Positions 51,503 through 64,000 of a DNA stretch of 64,000 nucleotides are shown here, one piece after another. Source of the DNA: Octopus sinensis (lineage: Eukaryota); the NCBI RefSeq assembly GCF_006345805.1, contig NC_042999.1:98270001-98334000 (forward strand), written 5' to 3'. Within the stretch, counting starts at the first letter, position 1. The number at the start of each line of letters is the position of its first letter. Under the pieces are notes generated by a model, which saw only the letters and a list, made by a program, of their open reading frames with translations, was not told where the DNA came from and made no database searches. The position numbers were made by a program, and so were the translations under genes.

Positions 51503-52262
51503 ATCATCATCATCGTTTAATGTCTGTTTTCCATGCTGGCATGGTTTGACTGGGGTCTGGAAAACCAGGAGGCTGCACCAAGCTCCAGTCTGATCTGGCA
51601 GTGTTACTACAGCTGGATACCCTTCCTAACACTGACCACTCCGAGGGTGTAATGGGTGTGTTTTATGTGCCACCGGCACAGGGGCCAGGAGAGCTAGCAT
51701 TGACCACAATCGGATGGTGCTTTTTATGTGCCACCAGCAACATTGGCCATGTTCAGATGGTGCTTTTTACATGCCACCGACACAGGGGTCAGAGCTACAA
51801 TTTCAATTTGATTGTAATTTGATTTGATTTTGATACTGATGTTAATGTTGATGTACTTGACTCATTAGGTCTCATCACGCACAGTATGTCGCCCTATGAT
51901 CCAAGGTATTTTTGAGTGGGTTGATTATGCAACACTGGCATAGGTTACAGCTGTGAACTCACTTTATTTGCCGTGTCTTCTCAGTCACAACATACTTCCA
52001 GAGGTCTCAGTCTTTTGTCATTGCCTCTGTGAGGCCCATCATTCAAAGGTCATGCTTCACCATCTCATCCCATGTCTTCCTGGGTCTCCCTCTACCCCGG
52101 GTTCCTTCCACTGTTTGGGAGTGGCACTTCACACAGCTTTCCTTGTCCATCTGCAGTACATAACCATACCAACACAAACATCTCTCTTGCACACCACATC
52201 TAATGCTTCTTATGTCTAACATTTCTCTCAGGGCACTTACTCTCAGTCGTGTGTGTACACTG
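51503..52262 (-). mobile_element. 5'-truncated RTE-clade LINE
   Basis: VQERCLCWYGYVLQMDKESCVK..VEGTRGRGRPRKTWDEMVKHDL plus 3' UTR ending in (GAT)n. Confidence 0.9.
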
Positions 52263-52266
52263 ACAA

Positions 52267-52308
<42 letters not shown>

Positions 52309-52378
52309 TCATCATCGTTTAATGTTCATTTTCCATGCTAGCATGATATGTATATATATCTGCATATACATCTATGTA

Positions 52379-53130
52379 CAGTGTGGACAGTATTCATTGC
52401 CATGATGACTGTCAGGAAAAAGGAAAATTTTCTGAGATATATTTGTCAAATTTGGATCAGTTTATCTTCATGAGATTTTCTGTAGATCTCACTCAATGAA
52501 CCCACCTTTGGCATCGATGAAAGCCTCCATGTGACCACTGAACTGGTCACTAGCCTTTGTCACTATCTCCTGTTTTATGCCCCCGAAGGCCCTGGTAATC
52601 CTGGCCCTCAGTTCATCCTTCATTTTGCAGACGGATTTGTTGGTCTCTCATTCCACGACACCCTACACAAAAAAGTTAAGTGGGTTGCAGTCAGGCGAGT
52701 TGGGAGGCTAAATGTCAGGTGCTGTATGTTTGAAAAAATTCTTCAACAGCCAGGGTTTTTTGGCTGCTGTGGCAAATTGTAGATTCTTACTGCCACATGT
52801 ACAGCTGCCGGTCCGATACAGAGCTTCACAACTTTGCTCAGAATGTGGATATAGCCATTAGTGTTCAGCCAGAGGCTCTTAGGGAAGAAGTTGGGTGGCA
52901 TAATGTTACCTTCACTGCTGACAACACTGAAGATAATGATTGTCGCTGGAAATTTCATCTGCATGACGCTGGGCATGTCCTGGGATGAGACAGTAAGCCA
53001 CCTGTTGTTCTGGAAGTTGATATTCTGGTTTTGGTAGAAACTCTTCTCATTGGAGAAGAACCACACCATACTTGGTTCCAGCAGGTGTTTTGACTTGTTG
53101 AACAGCTTTTTGATGTGCTCAGAAATGATC
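52379..53130 (-). mobile_element. Tc1/mariner (maT/DD37D-like) transposon 3' portion
   Basis: WFFSNEKSF..NFQNNRWL..KFPATIIIFSVVSSEGNIMPP..YIHILSKVV and SPDCNPL; TA|CAGTGTG terminus at 52377-52385. Confidence 0.85.
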
Positions 53131-53575
53131 AGAGAAACTCGAGAGAAGGGCTGCAAGGAAAAACAAGAATCCTACCGGGTCCGGATTGTGCCCCCTATAA
53201 CCATGGCTTTTATGCCCTTAGTAGCCTAATAAACTACTAAATGACCCAAAAAGAGCTAAGCTGCTAATATGGTCATCTTCAGAGACATGAAGGATGCATG
53301 TCGTATGTATATTGTTTGGGTTTTTTTAACTCAATATAACAGACACATCACAAATCCTTTCAGGGAGATGATCCTACTCAATACATAGAAAAAGTGTAGG
53401 TAGAAACTCCATAAGGCTTACCTGGTGCAATCTATGGACACATAAAGGTGAAGCAGTATCAGAAGAAGGTTATTAGGGAAAGTAGTCTTTGTGTGTGGCA
53501 GATGTATATGTACAATAAACACCAGAAACGTAAGAAGTAACAGATAGCTTCCATTACCTAGGTGACCAAGTCAGC

Positions 53576-54260
53576 AGTGGAGGTGGATGTTCTGAGAGGG
53601 TAGTTGCTAGAATAAGAATAGGATAGGCAAAGTTCAGAGAGCTTTTACTTCTGTTGGTAACAAAGGGCTTCTCTCTTAGAGTGAAAGGCAGATTGTATGA
53701 TGCCTGTGTGTAAACAACTATGCTACATGGCCATGGAACATTGCCTGTGAGTGCAGGGGACATGCGAAAGTTTGAAAGAATGAAGCTAGTGTGCTTCACT
53801 GGATGTGCAATATGACAGAGTGTCTTGAGAGAAAAATTAGATATAAGCAGCATCAGATATAGTGTGAAAGAGAGAAGACCTTGCTGGGATGGTCATGTGA
53901 TGCATATAGGCAAGTACAGATATGTAAAGAAGTGCCAAAGCCAAGAAGACATGGGATGAGGTGGTGAAGTATGATCTTTGGATGTTGATTCTCATCCAAT
54001 GACAAGTGACTGAGACCTTTGGTGCTTTGCTGTGCTTTAGAAGACATGTCAAGCCAAGTGAGATTGTAGTTGTGGCCAGTGCTGGTTGCACATAAAAGGT
54101 ACCTACTACACTCTGTGGAGTGGTTGGCATTAGGAAGGGCATTGAGCCATAGAAACTAATCTGACACAAACTGGAGCCTGGTGCAGCTCTCTGGCTTATC
54201 AGTTCCAGTCAAACTGTCTAACCCATGCCAGCTTGGAGAACAGATGCTAAATGACAATGA
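53576..54260 (+). mobile_element. 5'-truncated RTE-clade LINE
   Basis: YLGDQVSSGGGCSERVVARIRIG*AKFRELL..KGFSLRVKGRLYDAC plus the shared 3' tail. Confidence 0.88.
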
Positions 54261-54338
54261 AGCAGGTAGTTCAGTTGATTGTATCATATAATCCTCATAA
54301 TAGAATGATGATGGAGATCCATCACTACCATATACATT

Positions 54339-54375
<37 letters not shown>

Positions 54376-54380
54376 ATGTT

Positions 54381-54428
<48 letters not shown>

Positions 54429-57294
54429 TACACACACTTACATTATGTTATGCTAAAAAGCAGTGCACACGATACCAGAATTTTTGACTCGGTCAAATAT
54501 ACAGACTACTTGCAATTGTTGTTAGAGTATCCGTATTGCAGTCTGTACTGGCATTGAGTCATATGAATTGTAATCATGGAGTGAAACCAAATAGTGATAT
54601 TCAAAATATTTGGTTTGACTTCATTATTACAACTGTGTGTATATATATATATATATCATCAGTAGTTCATGTATCCAATTAAGGCTTTTTTGCCAGTACA
54701 TGGTGATCACTTATAAGTTTATAATTATTATCATTTACAGAATATATAATATGTGTGTGTGTGTGTGTGTGTAACAATTGAAGAGGTAGAACTCTTAAAT
54801 TTCTTGCAGGAGGTCACAGTGTTAGAGAAGATGAATAAATTATCATTATATACACATCAGTGAGCAGACATTTGATATAAATATAAGGTGTAAATTAGGA
54901 ATAATAGCTGGTGAATATATAAATAAACAGGGTTGAAATTATTCATTTTCTAGAGGTAATTGAATAGGTAGTTGTATTTTAGGGTAATGATTATAAATTG
55001 ATAATAATTCAAAATTTTTTACAATATTTGAAAAAATATTGTAAGGGGAATTTTGCAAGGGAAAATATATGCAGTAGTTTAAAATTTATGTGTAAATATG
55101 TAGATAAAAAAAAAAAAACAGGATCCAAGGGAATTGGTGGTGGATTGCATTTGTAAGAATTGTATTTATTGGTGTAAAGTTAGTATGGTGTTGTGAGAAG
55201 AGGTTTCATACATTTCAGGCAAAGTACTTTTTTCAAGATGGAGTAAAGTCTGGTATGTTCTTTCTGACTTTGGCTTGGCTCTCATTCAGAACTGAAAAAC
55301 ACATGTACCATATGTTTCTCTTCTCTTTAGAAGAACTTTCTGTCTGAAATACTAGAAATTTTCCTTCCCAGTGATATACTAACATAAGTAATTTTATTTT
55401 ATAACAATGTATAAACTTATATATATAAAACATAACAACATATATGGTATATTATATATATATAATATAACATTAGATGTATATATAACATGATATATAT
55501 GTGTGTGTATATATATAACATATCATATATGGTATATTATATAATTATATATATATATATAAATTATATAATATACCATATATACATACATACATAAATA
55601 CACACATACATGTATATATAATGGATAAGGTTATTGAATTACTCAATTTTTTAAAAATCTTTACTCAATCTGTGTTGAGATGTAATGTATATAAATATAT
55701 ATATAAGCATTAAAAAACATTACATCAGTATACTGAAAATGAAAAAAAATAAACATTTCCAAATATTTGTATATGCTTGTTTATAGTGAATGTCCACTGA
55801 ACTACCTTCAAAGTTTGAATATTGTTGCCATGAACTTTGCAGCAGTCACTTAAACTTCTTGACAAAAGTTTACAACAAATTTAAGAAAATAATAATCTTG
55901 CATTAATAAGAACAATATTAACATTGTTGGTTTAAAATTAATGTTGGACAGAATTAGTAATAAAATAATGTTAAACTGAAAGGCTTTTCATTTTATTTGA
56001 CTTTGTTTGAAATATCTTCTGTTTAAGCTTAATGTTTCAATACATTAGTTCTTGAACAGTTCTTGTTATAATTAGGACTGTATTATGTAAATGGGTCCTT
56101 CTTAATAATTTGAAGATTTTGGTTCTGTTATTTGCAGGTTAAGTGATCCCATAGAGCTTCCTTGCTCTGTGAAAAGTATTTAGACTGGATGGTCACAAGA
56201 GCTTTTGTAAGCTGATAGATATTCATTTCCACATTTCCATCAGAATCTGTTGAAGAACTGCAGGTGTTTGGTACTCTGAGTAAATGCACTACAAAAAATA
56301 AATAAATAAATAAAACAAACCTTGAACATGATCCAAACCAAACTAAAGTATACAGTAGCATCATGAATTAAAGGCTTTGTTACTTTCAAAGAAAAAAGGA
56401 TGCTGCTATGAAGTTGGTGAAAACAATGGAATCTGTGACAGGTTGACAAGAAACAATGGTTGTTGTATCAGCTGATCAACTGAAATGATGGAAATGTTTG
56501 GATGCCTTTCAAAACTAAGACTTGTTGTTTTGTATCAAACTTGTCCTGTTAATGTGAATATGTGATCAAAAGCATTCATGCTATAATCATCTTGTTTTGT
56601 TTTCAAAGTGTATAATGGAATATATCATCCAATGTATCCTTTCTTTAACATGTCAAAGTATAATTAACATCATTTTTCAGCATACATGTTGAATTTTTCA
56701 GACCAAAATTTACACCAAAAGAGTATAGCAAGACAATTTTGGAGAGCTAAAAATTCCATGTGAAATACAGCAGGATTTGGAAAGATTGATATGATATTTG
56801 AATGTTTATTCTATATGTTTTACACTATATACTACATTGTGTTGTATGCTGGAAAATATAGTTCTTGGCTGCTATTTCTAACAGATCAAGAGTCAGCAAA
56901 GAGACTTTCTTCACCATTGGTTTGTCATAGATCTGTTAACTGGGTGAAATTGTAGAACTTGTGGGATTGGCACTAGGCAAAGTGTCATGAAGTTAAACAA
57001 GGCTGCATTTTGAAAAAGAAAATTTTTTCTTTTTTCATGAAAGGCATCCATTTTTACCTAATTTTCGGTATTTATTTCAAATCTATTCTTAGAACTTACA
57101 CATCATGTCAATTGATTACAGTAACATATTTTAAAATTTTAGCAATAAAGTGCATATGACATTTATACATTAGTCAAAGAAAAGTTGCAATAATATGGTA
57201 TTCCTGTTTTATAGGAAGAGCTGACACTTTTCACTTATATTTACTACATCAAGTTTATAGTTACGAAAATCAGATACATTTTGTGAAAAAATAA

Positions 57295-57478
57295 TTGGTT
57301 TCAAAATTTTGGCACAAGGCCAGCAATTTTATGAGAGGAGGTAAGTCATTTTATTGACCCCTAAAGGATGAAAGGCAAAGCTGACCTTAGCAGAAATTGA
57401 TCTCAGAACACAAAAATGGACAAAGTGCCACAAAGCATTTTGTCTGGTGTGCTACTGATTCTGCCAGCTCACTGCCTT
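57295..57478 (-). mobile_element. SINE (GCCTTTCATCC core family), CpG-decayed
   Basis: Family head, core and tail recognisable, with CpGs replaced. Confidence 0.85.
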
Positions 57479-57545
57479 CATTTTGTAAAAAACATTATTA
57501 AAAGAGTGGAATATTTTGTTATGAACATGTAATCATTCTTACATT

Positions 57546-57885
57546 CATCATCATCATCATCATCATCATCGTTTAATGTCCGTTCTCCATGGGTTGGACG
57601 GTTCGACCGGGGATCTGGGAAGCCAGAAGGCTGCACCAGGCACCAGTCTTATCTGGCAATGTTTCTACAACTGGATGCCCTTCCTAACGCCAACCACTCT
57701 GTGAGTGTAGTGGGTGCTTTTTACGTGCCACCCGCACAGGTGCCAGGCGAGGCTGGCAACGGCCATGGTTGGATTGGTGCATTTTATGTGCCACCGGTAC
57801 GGAAGCCAGTTGAGGCAGCACTGGCTTCGGACACGATTCGGATGGTGCTTTTATGTGCCACTGGCACGGAAGCCAGCCGAGGCTA
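57546..57885 (-). mobile_element. RTE 3' UTR fragment
   Basis: (CAT)n-cgtttaatgtcc...ggatgcccttcctaacgcc and internal gtgccacc repeats. Confidence 0.85.
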
Positions 57886-58140
57886 AAATGAGTAAAATAC
57901 ATCACATTCCTCTTAAGTAACATATGTAAAAATAAATAGCATGACATTTAGAAGAGGATTTGCATTATCCAGCCTACAAAGTCTGTCTTGAACCTTTAAA
58001 GATGCTGAGTATGTGTGAAAACAAGAATGGTTTAGACTGCACACTGTTTAAGAGAACAGCTTTCTCTTCTTTGACAGTGAAGCATGATCAGCACATATGC
58101 TCTGTACTGAGCATTTCCATTACTCAACAAAACAGTTTAA

Positions 58141-58355
58141 CCCTTTAGCTTTCATATTACTCTGTCAAATGTAATGCTTATTTCTTTCACTTTGTTTTGA
58201 ATTAATCATGCATTATCTAGTAGCTGCAGGATTTTGATGATGTGATTGCTTATTTTTAAAATGATGTAGGGGAGGTATGAGGGGTTGGATTTGTCAAGTT
58301 TAACATAAAACAGCTTTTTTGGGGCTAAATATGACTGGTATATATGCTAAATGCC
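58141..58355. mobile_element. piggyBac MITE (copy inverted relative to 60856)
   Basis: TTAA|CCCTTTAG; interior is the reverse-complement homologue of 60856-61075; right end degenerate. Confidence 0.7.
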
Positions 58356-58689
58356 TAAACTATCCTTTGAACTGTCAAAGAAGTCACTGTTTGTCTGACT
58401 CATACTGACATGTTATTTTTCACACTGAAGAACAGCAACAGATCATTTTTCTTTCTCTGAACAAAAATTAAATGTTGTTCTTAGGACCAGCTCCAAAGTT
58501 TCTGCCAAGATCACTGAAAGATTTAAATTGAACATTGTCTTTTAATTCAAACTGATTAGAGGATTTAGGTACCCTGGTATTAGCAGACTGCATATAAGTT
58601 TCATCCTCAGTACTTCCCTCAACCATGCAGCACTTAAGTTCATTAATAACAACCAAGTTACTAAGTACAAGAATAAGAATTTTGAGGCA

Positions 58690-59058
58690 CGTAAAAAGCA
58701 TCATTCAAGCGTGATCATTACCAGCGTTGCCTTACTGACACTTGTGCCAGTGACATGTGAAAAAACATTTGAGCAAGGTTGTTGCCAGTGCTGCTGGACT
58801 GGCTCCTGTGCAGGTGACATGTAAAAAACACCAATTGAGCATGGCCATTGCCAGTACCGCCTGACTGGCCCTCATGCCGGTGGCACATAAAAGCACCCAC
58901 TACACTCTCGGAGTGGTTGGTGCTAGGAAGGGCATCCAGCTGTAGAAACTCTGCCAGATCAAAATTGGAGCCTGGTGCAGCCATCTGGTTCACCAGTCCT
59001 CAGTCAAATCGTCCAACCCATGCTAGCATGGAAAGTGAACGTTAAACGATGATGATGA
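58690..59058 (+). mobile_element. RTE 3' UTR fragment
   Basis: Ends catgctagcatggaaagtgaacgttaaacgatgatgat. Confidence 0.85.
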
Positions 59059-59074
59059 TACAATGTAATCCCAA

Positions 59075-59380
59075 TCTTATGGATGAAAGCAGGTTTATGT
59101 AATCTTTTAGATTTGGTCTTGAAGTTATGTTCAGAAATCACCATACAGAAACAACAATTTTCCAGATAATGTGTCTGCTCTTTGTAGACCATTGACACAC
59201 TATATTAATGTTTGATCAGGTGATTTAAATTTACAAAACATGATCTGGAGATAGAGTGAGGAGTCCATGGCTTGATTTGATTCCCCATTTTTTACTCCTA
59301 AATGTGTGCTTTTAACAAAATGTGTGACAAGTTGCCACTGCTTTGCTGTTGCAAAAGCTTCACAGCTTTTACAGGCCTTA
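59075..59380 (-). pseudogene. Cys-rich N-terminal fragment of an IS630-Tc1-mariner (m44-like) transposase
   Basis: With one frameshift: VTHFVKST..GVKMGNQIKPWTPHSISRSC..SMVYKEQTHYLENCCFCMV, matching the recalled motif GVKLGDQDKxWAPH..PMVWRE..DCYFC. Confidence 0.55.
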
Positions 59381-60069
59381 ATTGCTTTTCCTATACTCAC
59401 TAGTAGTAAGTAGCCATATCAAATTACATCTTTAACTCAGTAATTACTGACAACTTTAAAAAATACAACATAAAATGTATGCTGGAGTCCCTGAAGCTTC
59501 AACCAACTAATGCTAAAAATATACAAGGAAGCATATATCAGTATTGTAATACAACTATCCTGTGGAAACATACATTTCAAACTGTTCTCATACTTCCATA
59601 ACATTTCAAAGTTTACAGCCTTATTCTTTATGAGATGAAATTTATCTGTTTAAGAACCTTTTTCTATCTTAACCCTCTGAGGCCTGAGCTCCTGTCTCTA
59701 ACTTTACCCTCCACTTGGGCTCCTGAACAAGAAAAAAGAAAAAAGTTGCATACACAGCTCAATAGTAACGATTGCTGGCAAATAATGGACAGAATTGACT
59801 GCATCTTTTTTTTTTTTTTTTTTACATATGTTGTCCATTACTGCTTTATTGGGAGTATAGCAGAAATAATGTTTAACCCCTTCCCGTTGTAGCGGAAATA
59901 CGGAGCAACAGGGTTAAGAATGTATGTCAGTAACTGTCTCTTTTTAGGGAGTTAATGTGGAAAAGGTTTCCTTATATTATGACTGAACCATATGTTTTAT
60001 AGTGGGGGTAGTTATCTGTCTTTATCGTTAGCCTTACTGAAGGGCAATGGATACCAGTTAGTAGAATCA

Positions 60070-60306
60070 AAAGGCGGCGAGCTGGCAGAAACGTTAGCAT
60101 GCCGGGCGAAATGCTTAGCGGTATTTCGTCTGCCATTACGTTCTGAGTTCAAATTCTTCCGAGGTCGACTTTGCCTTTCATCCTTTCAGGGTCGATAAAT
60201 TAAGTACCAGTGTTTCACTGGGGTCGATGTAATCGACTTAATCCCTTTGTCTGTCCTTGTTTGTCCCTTCTGTGTGTGGCCCCTTGTGGGCAGTAAAGAA
60301 ATAAGA
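60070..60306 (+). mobile_element. Young full-length SINE with Tx1-like tail, nested in an older SINE head
   Basis: CpG-rich; 14-bp TSD agttagtagaatca (60056-60069) / agttagcagaatca (60307-60320); the host SINE continues to ~60530. Confidence 0.9.
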
Positions 60307-60769
60307 AGTTAGCAGAATCATTAGAGCATTGGACAAAATACCTTATAGAAATTAATCCAGCTCCTTACATTCTAGGTTCCAATCCAACTGAGGTCAACTT
60401 TGCCTTTCATCTTTTCAGGTCTGATAAAATAAAGTACCAGTACTAGTAGAAAATACAGGGTATGATATAATTGAATTACCCTCTTCTCAAAATATCTGGC
60501 TTTGTGCTAAAATTAGAAAGCAAGAATTATTAGGCATACTGAAGGCTAATGGATGGCAGAATCATTAGAGAATTGGACTAAACACATAACAGAATTTGTC
60601 CAAGTTCAATACATACTAAGTTCAAATCCTGCTATGGTTGATCAAAAGTATTGGGGTCGATGTAATCATTTTTTCCCTCCTCCATTCTCTTATTCTGTCA
60701 TTATCTCTAGGAGTTACAAGAGTTTATCTCAGTTTTCAGAAAAAACTTTTGTAGATATGTTTTGTGTTG

Positions 60770-61400
60770 CTTGTTTCAATCTTTGGATTATGGCCATGCT
60801 GGAGCACCACCTTGAAGAGTTTTGTTGAACAAATCGACCCTAGTACTTCTTTTAACCCTTTAGTGTTTAAACCATCCATATCTGGCTCAAATATTTTACC
60901 TGTTTTATGTTCAAATCAGCCAGATCCAGCCTTTCACACATACCCTGTGATGTCATTCTAAAAACAAACAATCACATCTTTGAAATCTCAAAGCTACAAA
61001 ATAATCCAGGATTAATTTTCAAAAATGCAAATAAATAAGCATTACATTTGACAAAGTAATCTGAATGCTAAAGGGTTAAGTTTGATGCCTATTCTCTCAA
61101 TCTCTTTTTGCTAAACGGCTAAGTTAGGGGATGTAAACAAACCAACAATGGTTGTCGAGTGGGGTTGCGGAACAAACACAAGCGCACTCCCCACACACAC
61201 ACACAGTTACATACATGTATGTATGTATGTATACAGCAGGATCCTTTCAGTTTCCTTCTACCAAATCCATTCACAAGGTTTTGGTCAGCCTGGGACTATG
61301 GTAGAAGACACTTGTTGATAGTGCCATGCGGTGGGACTGAACCCAAGACCACATGGTTTGGTTGGAAGTAAGCTTCTTACCACACAGATATGCCAGTGCC
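60770..61400 (-). mobile_element. OR-like CORE SINE interrupted by a piggyBac MITE
   Basis: Homologous to 17600-18002 on either side of the insert. Confidence 0.8.
60856..61075. mobile_element. piggyBac MITE
   Basis: TTAA|CCCTTTAG ... CTAAAGGG|TTAA. Confidence 0.92.
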
Positions 61401-63262
61401 TATGTTGAATTTAAATTAATAGAATGATTTCAAATCAGAAATTAAAACCATCAGATACAAAAAAAATTCTTACTTTTTCCAAAATTGTCAAAAGTAAGAA
61501 TTTTTTGTATCTCTGGTTTATGATGTTTAGTAGATAAAGTTGACTTGTGAGATAAAAACTGAGGTCAAATTTGGAATCAGTGTGCCAAGATTAGACTGAA
61601 GCTGCCTTCACCTTCAAAATAGCAAACTTGTTGTAGACCAGTGTTATTTATGTTGATAACAAGGGCACTCTTTATCTCTTTCTGCAGGCAAGACAGATTA
61701 CATGAAGTAGGAAGTATAGACTGTGACACTATGACAGTAAAATATAGACATGTTTGCAGAAAAGATGCAGAATGGAAAAGAGGAAAATAGAATAACGTCT
61801 GTAGGATTTGGATCATTAACTTAGGAGAAATATAAAAGTACTACAAAGCATTTAGTGTCATCTTTCATTTCAACAGACCGACTTCTGTTATGAATGTACA
61901 TGCATACACATATGTGTGTGTGTGTGTGTGTAATTTTGTTGATGAATGCATGCCTTAGATATAAAAATGAATGCCAAGAACAACAGCAAAGGAAACAAAT
62001 AAAGACGATTTAATATGAATACTTCATTTTTATATGAGGCAATTTGGACAAGGGTATCTGCATGATGTGTATGCCCTACTTCAATTGCATGATTTTGATT
62101 CTCAAAATTGTACTCCCTGGCTAATATATACCAGGAGTCTCTACTAACACACACACACACACATACATCAATCTGTCTGCATGTCTGACTAATGATGCTC
62201 TTGTAGTTTTACCAATCTTTCACTCTGACTGGCTCATTTCCTTTTTTCAACCCCGAAAGGACAAAAGGCAAAGTACACCTCATTAAGTTTGAAATCAGTG
62301 CATAGAGAATCAAAGCAATTAGAATGTGCAGCATTCTATCTGACCTTCAGGTGACTCTGCCAAATCAGGCAATCAGCAAATTGGGCTGCTCATTGGTTCC
62401 CCCATCAATTGCACAACCTGAATTTGGTATGCTCTGATCTTCACCTGGTTAGTCCACTATAGGACAGTTTTCAAGAACAACAATATTGTGACATAGACAA
62501 GCTGAAAGCAGTTGTGCACAACAGTACACATCTGAAATGTTTTCAAGGAGAAGTTTAGAATTGGGTTCAATGATGAAAAGGGTATCATTTATGATGGAGA
62601 TTATGTTGAGTAGAACCTTTTCATAGAGGATGAGTCACTCTACCAAAGAATGCAATTTGAATTACCTTCAGTTAATAAAACAGTTATACCCAGTTTAGCA
62701 TTGCTTTTGGTATCACCCTTATATATGTCATGATTTTTGAGATTATCTCACCTTTTCATATGAAGCTGGTCTTAATTGCCATTTGGTGATTGTGGCACTC
62801 TATAGGGGCAGAGATAATTGTAATAAATCAAGATTTTGTGTTACATGGTATTTAGTAGATGTGTAGTAATCTCTGTTGTTCATATACATACCACTAGTTA
62901 CTCTCAGTTATTTCTTTTAGCTCATTTTTGTTAAATTTATGCAAATTACCTAAACCATAAATGTATTCTACTTTTCCAAATGTATCTAAATATTTTGGTG
63001 ACTAGACTCAGGGTAGAAGAATTGTTGTGCTAATGACACTTATTGAAGCAGAAACACGTGTCCATGCCTGTCCTCTTCTTCTCCAGACAATAAGCTGGCC
63101 TTTTATCTTTATGGCATATCATCTTTGGAGAATTTTTAAGTCTTTAGATTATCTCCCTTTCTCGTGTAGAAGGGGTTTCAATTGCCATTTGGTAATTGTA
63201 CAAATCCTCTAGAAGTGAGACATATTTTAAGTGATCAGAAATTTATGTCATATGATATTTAA

Positions 63263-64000
63263 CCCCTTAATGAATTATCCCAAGTTTACTCGTGCATCGC
63301 AAATGTATCTTTCTAGAACCAGACGAGTATACTCGGGTAAATTAACTTGTAATTTTAGCACTCAAACGAGTTTATTTGTTTTGTGTCGTTTCATTTTTGA
63401 GCAATCATGAATTTACTCATGTTGTTTAAAAAAAATTTGTATTTTTTCATTTGATGGATTTGGCTATCTGGAATGCTTATGTTTTGTATAAAGCATCTTT
63501 GGAAACTTCAGCTTCTGCTATGAAACCATTGAAATTTAGAATGCAAATAATCACCAAGATTATTGAAAAATATAGGCCCTTATTGCCTCCCACAAAACCA
63601 GGAAGACCATCATTGACCCTACATCCAACAAGATTTGCCCCAGCTGGTCACTTTCCCATGGAAATACCACAATGTGATAAGAAAAAGAACCATGCAAGAC
63701 AGTGTGCAAAATGCACAGAGAAGAGAGATGCTAAAGGAAAGAAGATTCGAAGATACATGTGTGATGTCTGCAAAATAACTTTGTGTGTAACTTGTTGTTT
63801 TAAAAATTATCCTTCTAAATAAACTATCTCATTTTTAAAAACTTTTCCTTTGATTTAAAAGCAATACATCTTATAAAAAATCGAAGATAGTTAAGCTATA
63901 TGTATTTTTTCAATGTCCAAATTAATTCGATTAAATCCAAATGAGTAAAAATACATTTTAATTTCTATAATAAAAAATAAAGGAAACAAAATTAAAAAAA
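63263..64000 (+). mobile_element. Internally deleted piggyBac element (left end joined to transposase C-terminus); runs off the window
   Basis: TTAA|CCCCTT terminus with gagtatactc subterminal palindrome; ORF 63451-63822 DLAIWNAYVLY..FRMQII..HFP..RQCAKC..YMCDVC..LCVTCCFK (piggyBac cysteine-rich domain). Confidence 0.85.

Noticed and set aside
59673-59917. Tiny piggyBac-like remnant (TTAA-CCCC...GGG-TTAA at 59873-59917)
   Set aside because: Only 3 bp of terminal complementarity and two alternative left ends; cannot be distinguished from chance

Overview
AT-rich, microsatellite-laden eukaryotic DNA, almost certainly from a coleoid cephalopod (octopus-type SINE families and a tandem C2H2 gene; this is inference from repeat content). 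There is one convincing protein-coding region: a single coding exon for a 15-repeat C2H2 zinc-finger protein (47275-48552, +), with a splice acceptor just upstream and a candidate promoter near 46.1 kb. The rest is a dense transposon graveyard. DNA transposons include Merlin, several Tc1/mariner lineages, hAT (a Buster/Charlie pseudogene and MITEs with 8-bp TSDs) and piggyBac. Retroelements include Penelope-like elements with hammerhead-ribozyme-like motifs, non-LTR elements of the Tx1, CRE, R4/Dong, CR1 and RTE clades, and many tRNA-derived SINEs. Most short ORFs in the track are microsatellite or repeat artefacts. Best leads: (1) a same-strand pile-up of R4/Dong RLE retrotransposon fragments at (TACA)n tracts, suggesting microsatellite-targeted insertion; (2) a SINE whose 3' tail matches the 3' end of a Tx1-clade LINE and which inserts into heads of its own family; (3) two hammerhead-like motifs, one with a long structured stem-II insertion; (4) a CpG-decay boundary near the ZNF promoter. 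All family names come from motif recognition by eye, not database searches.
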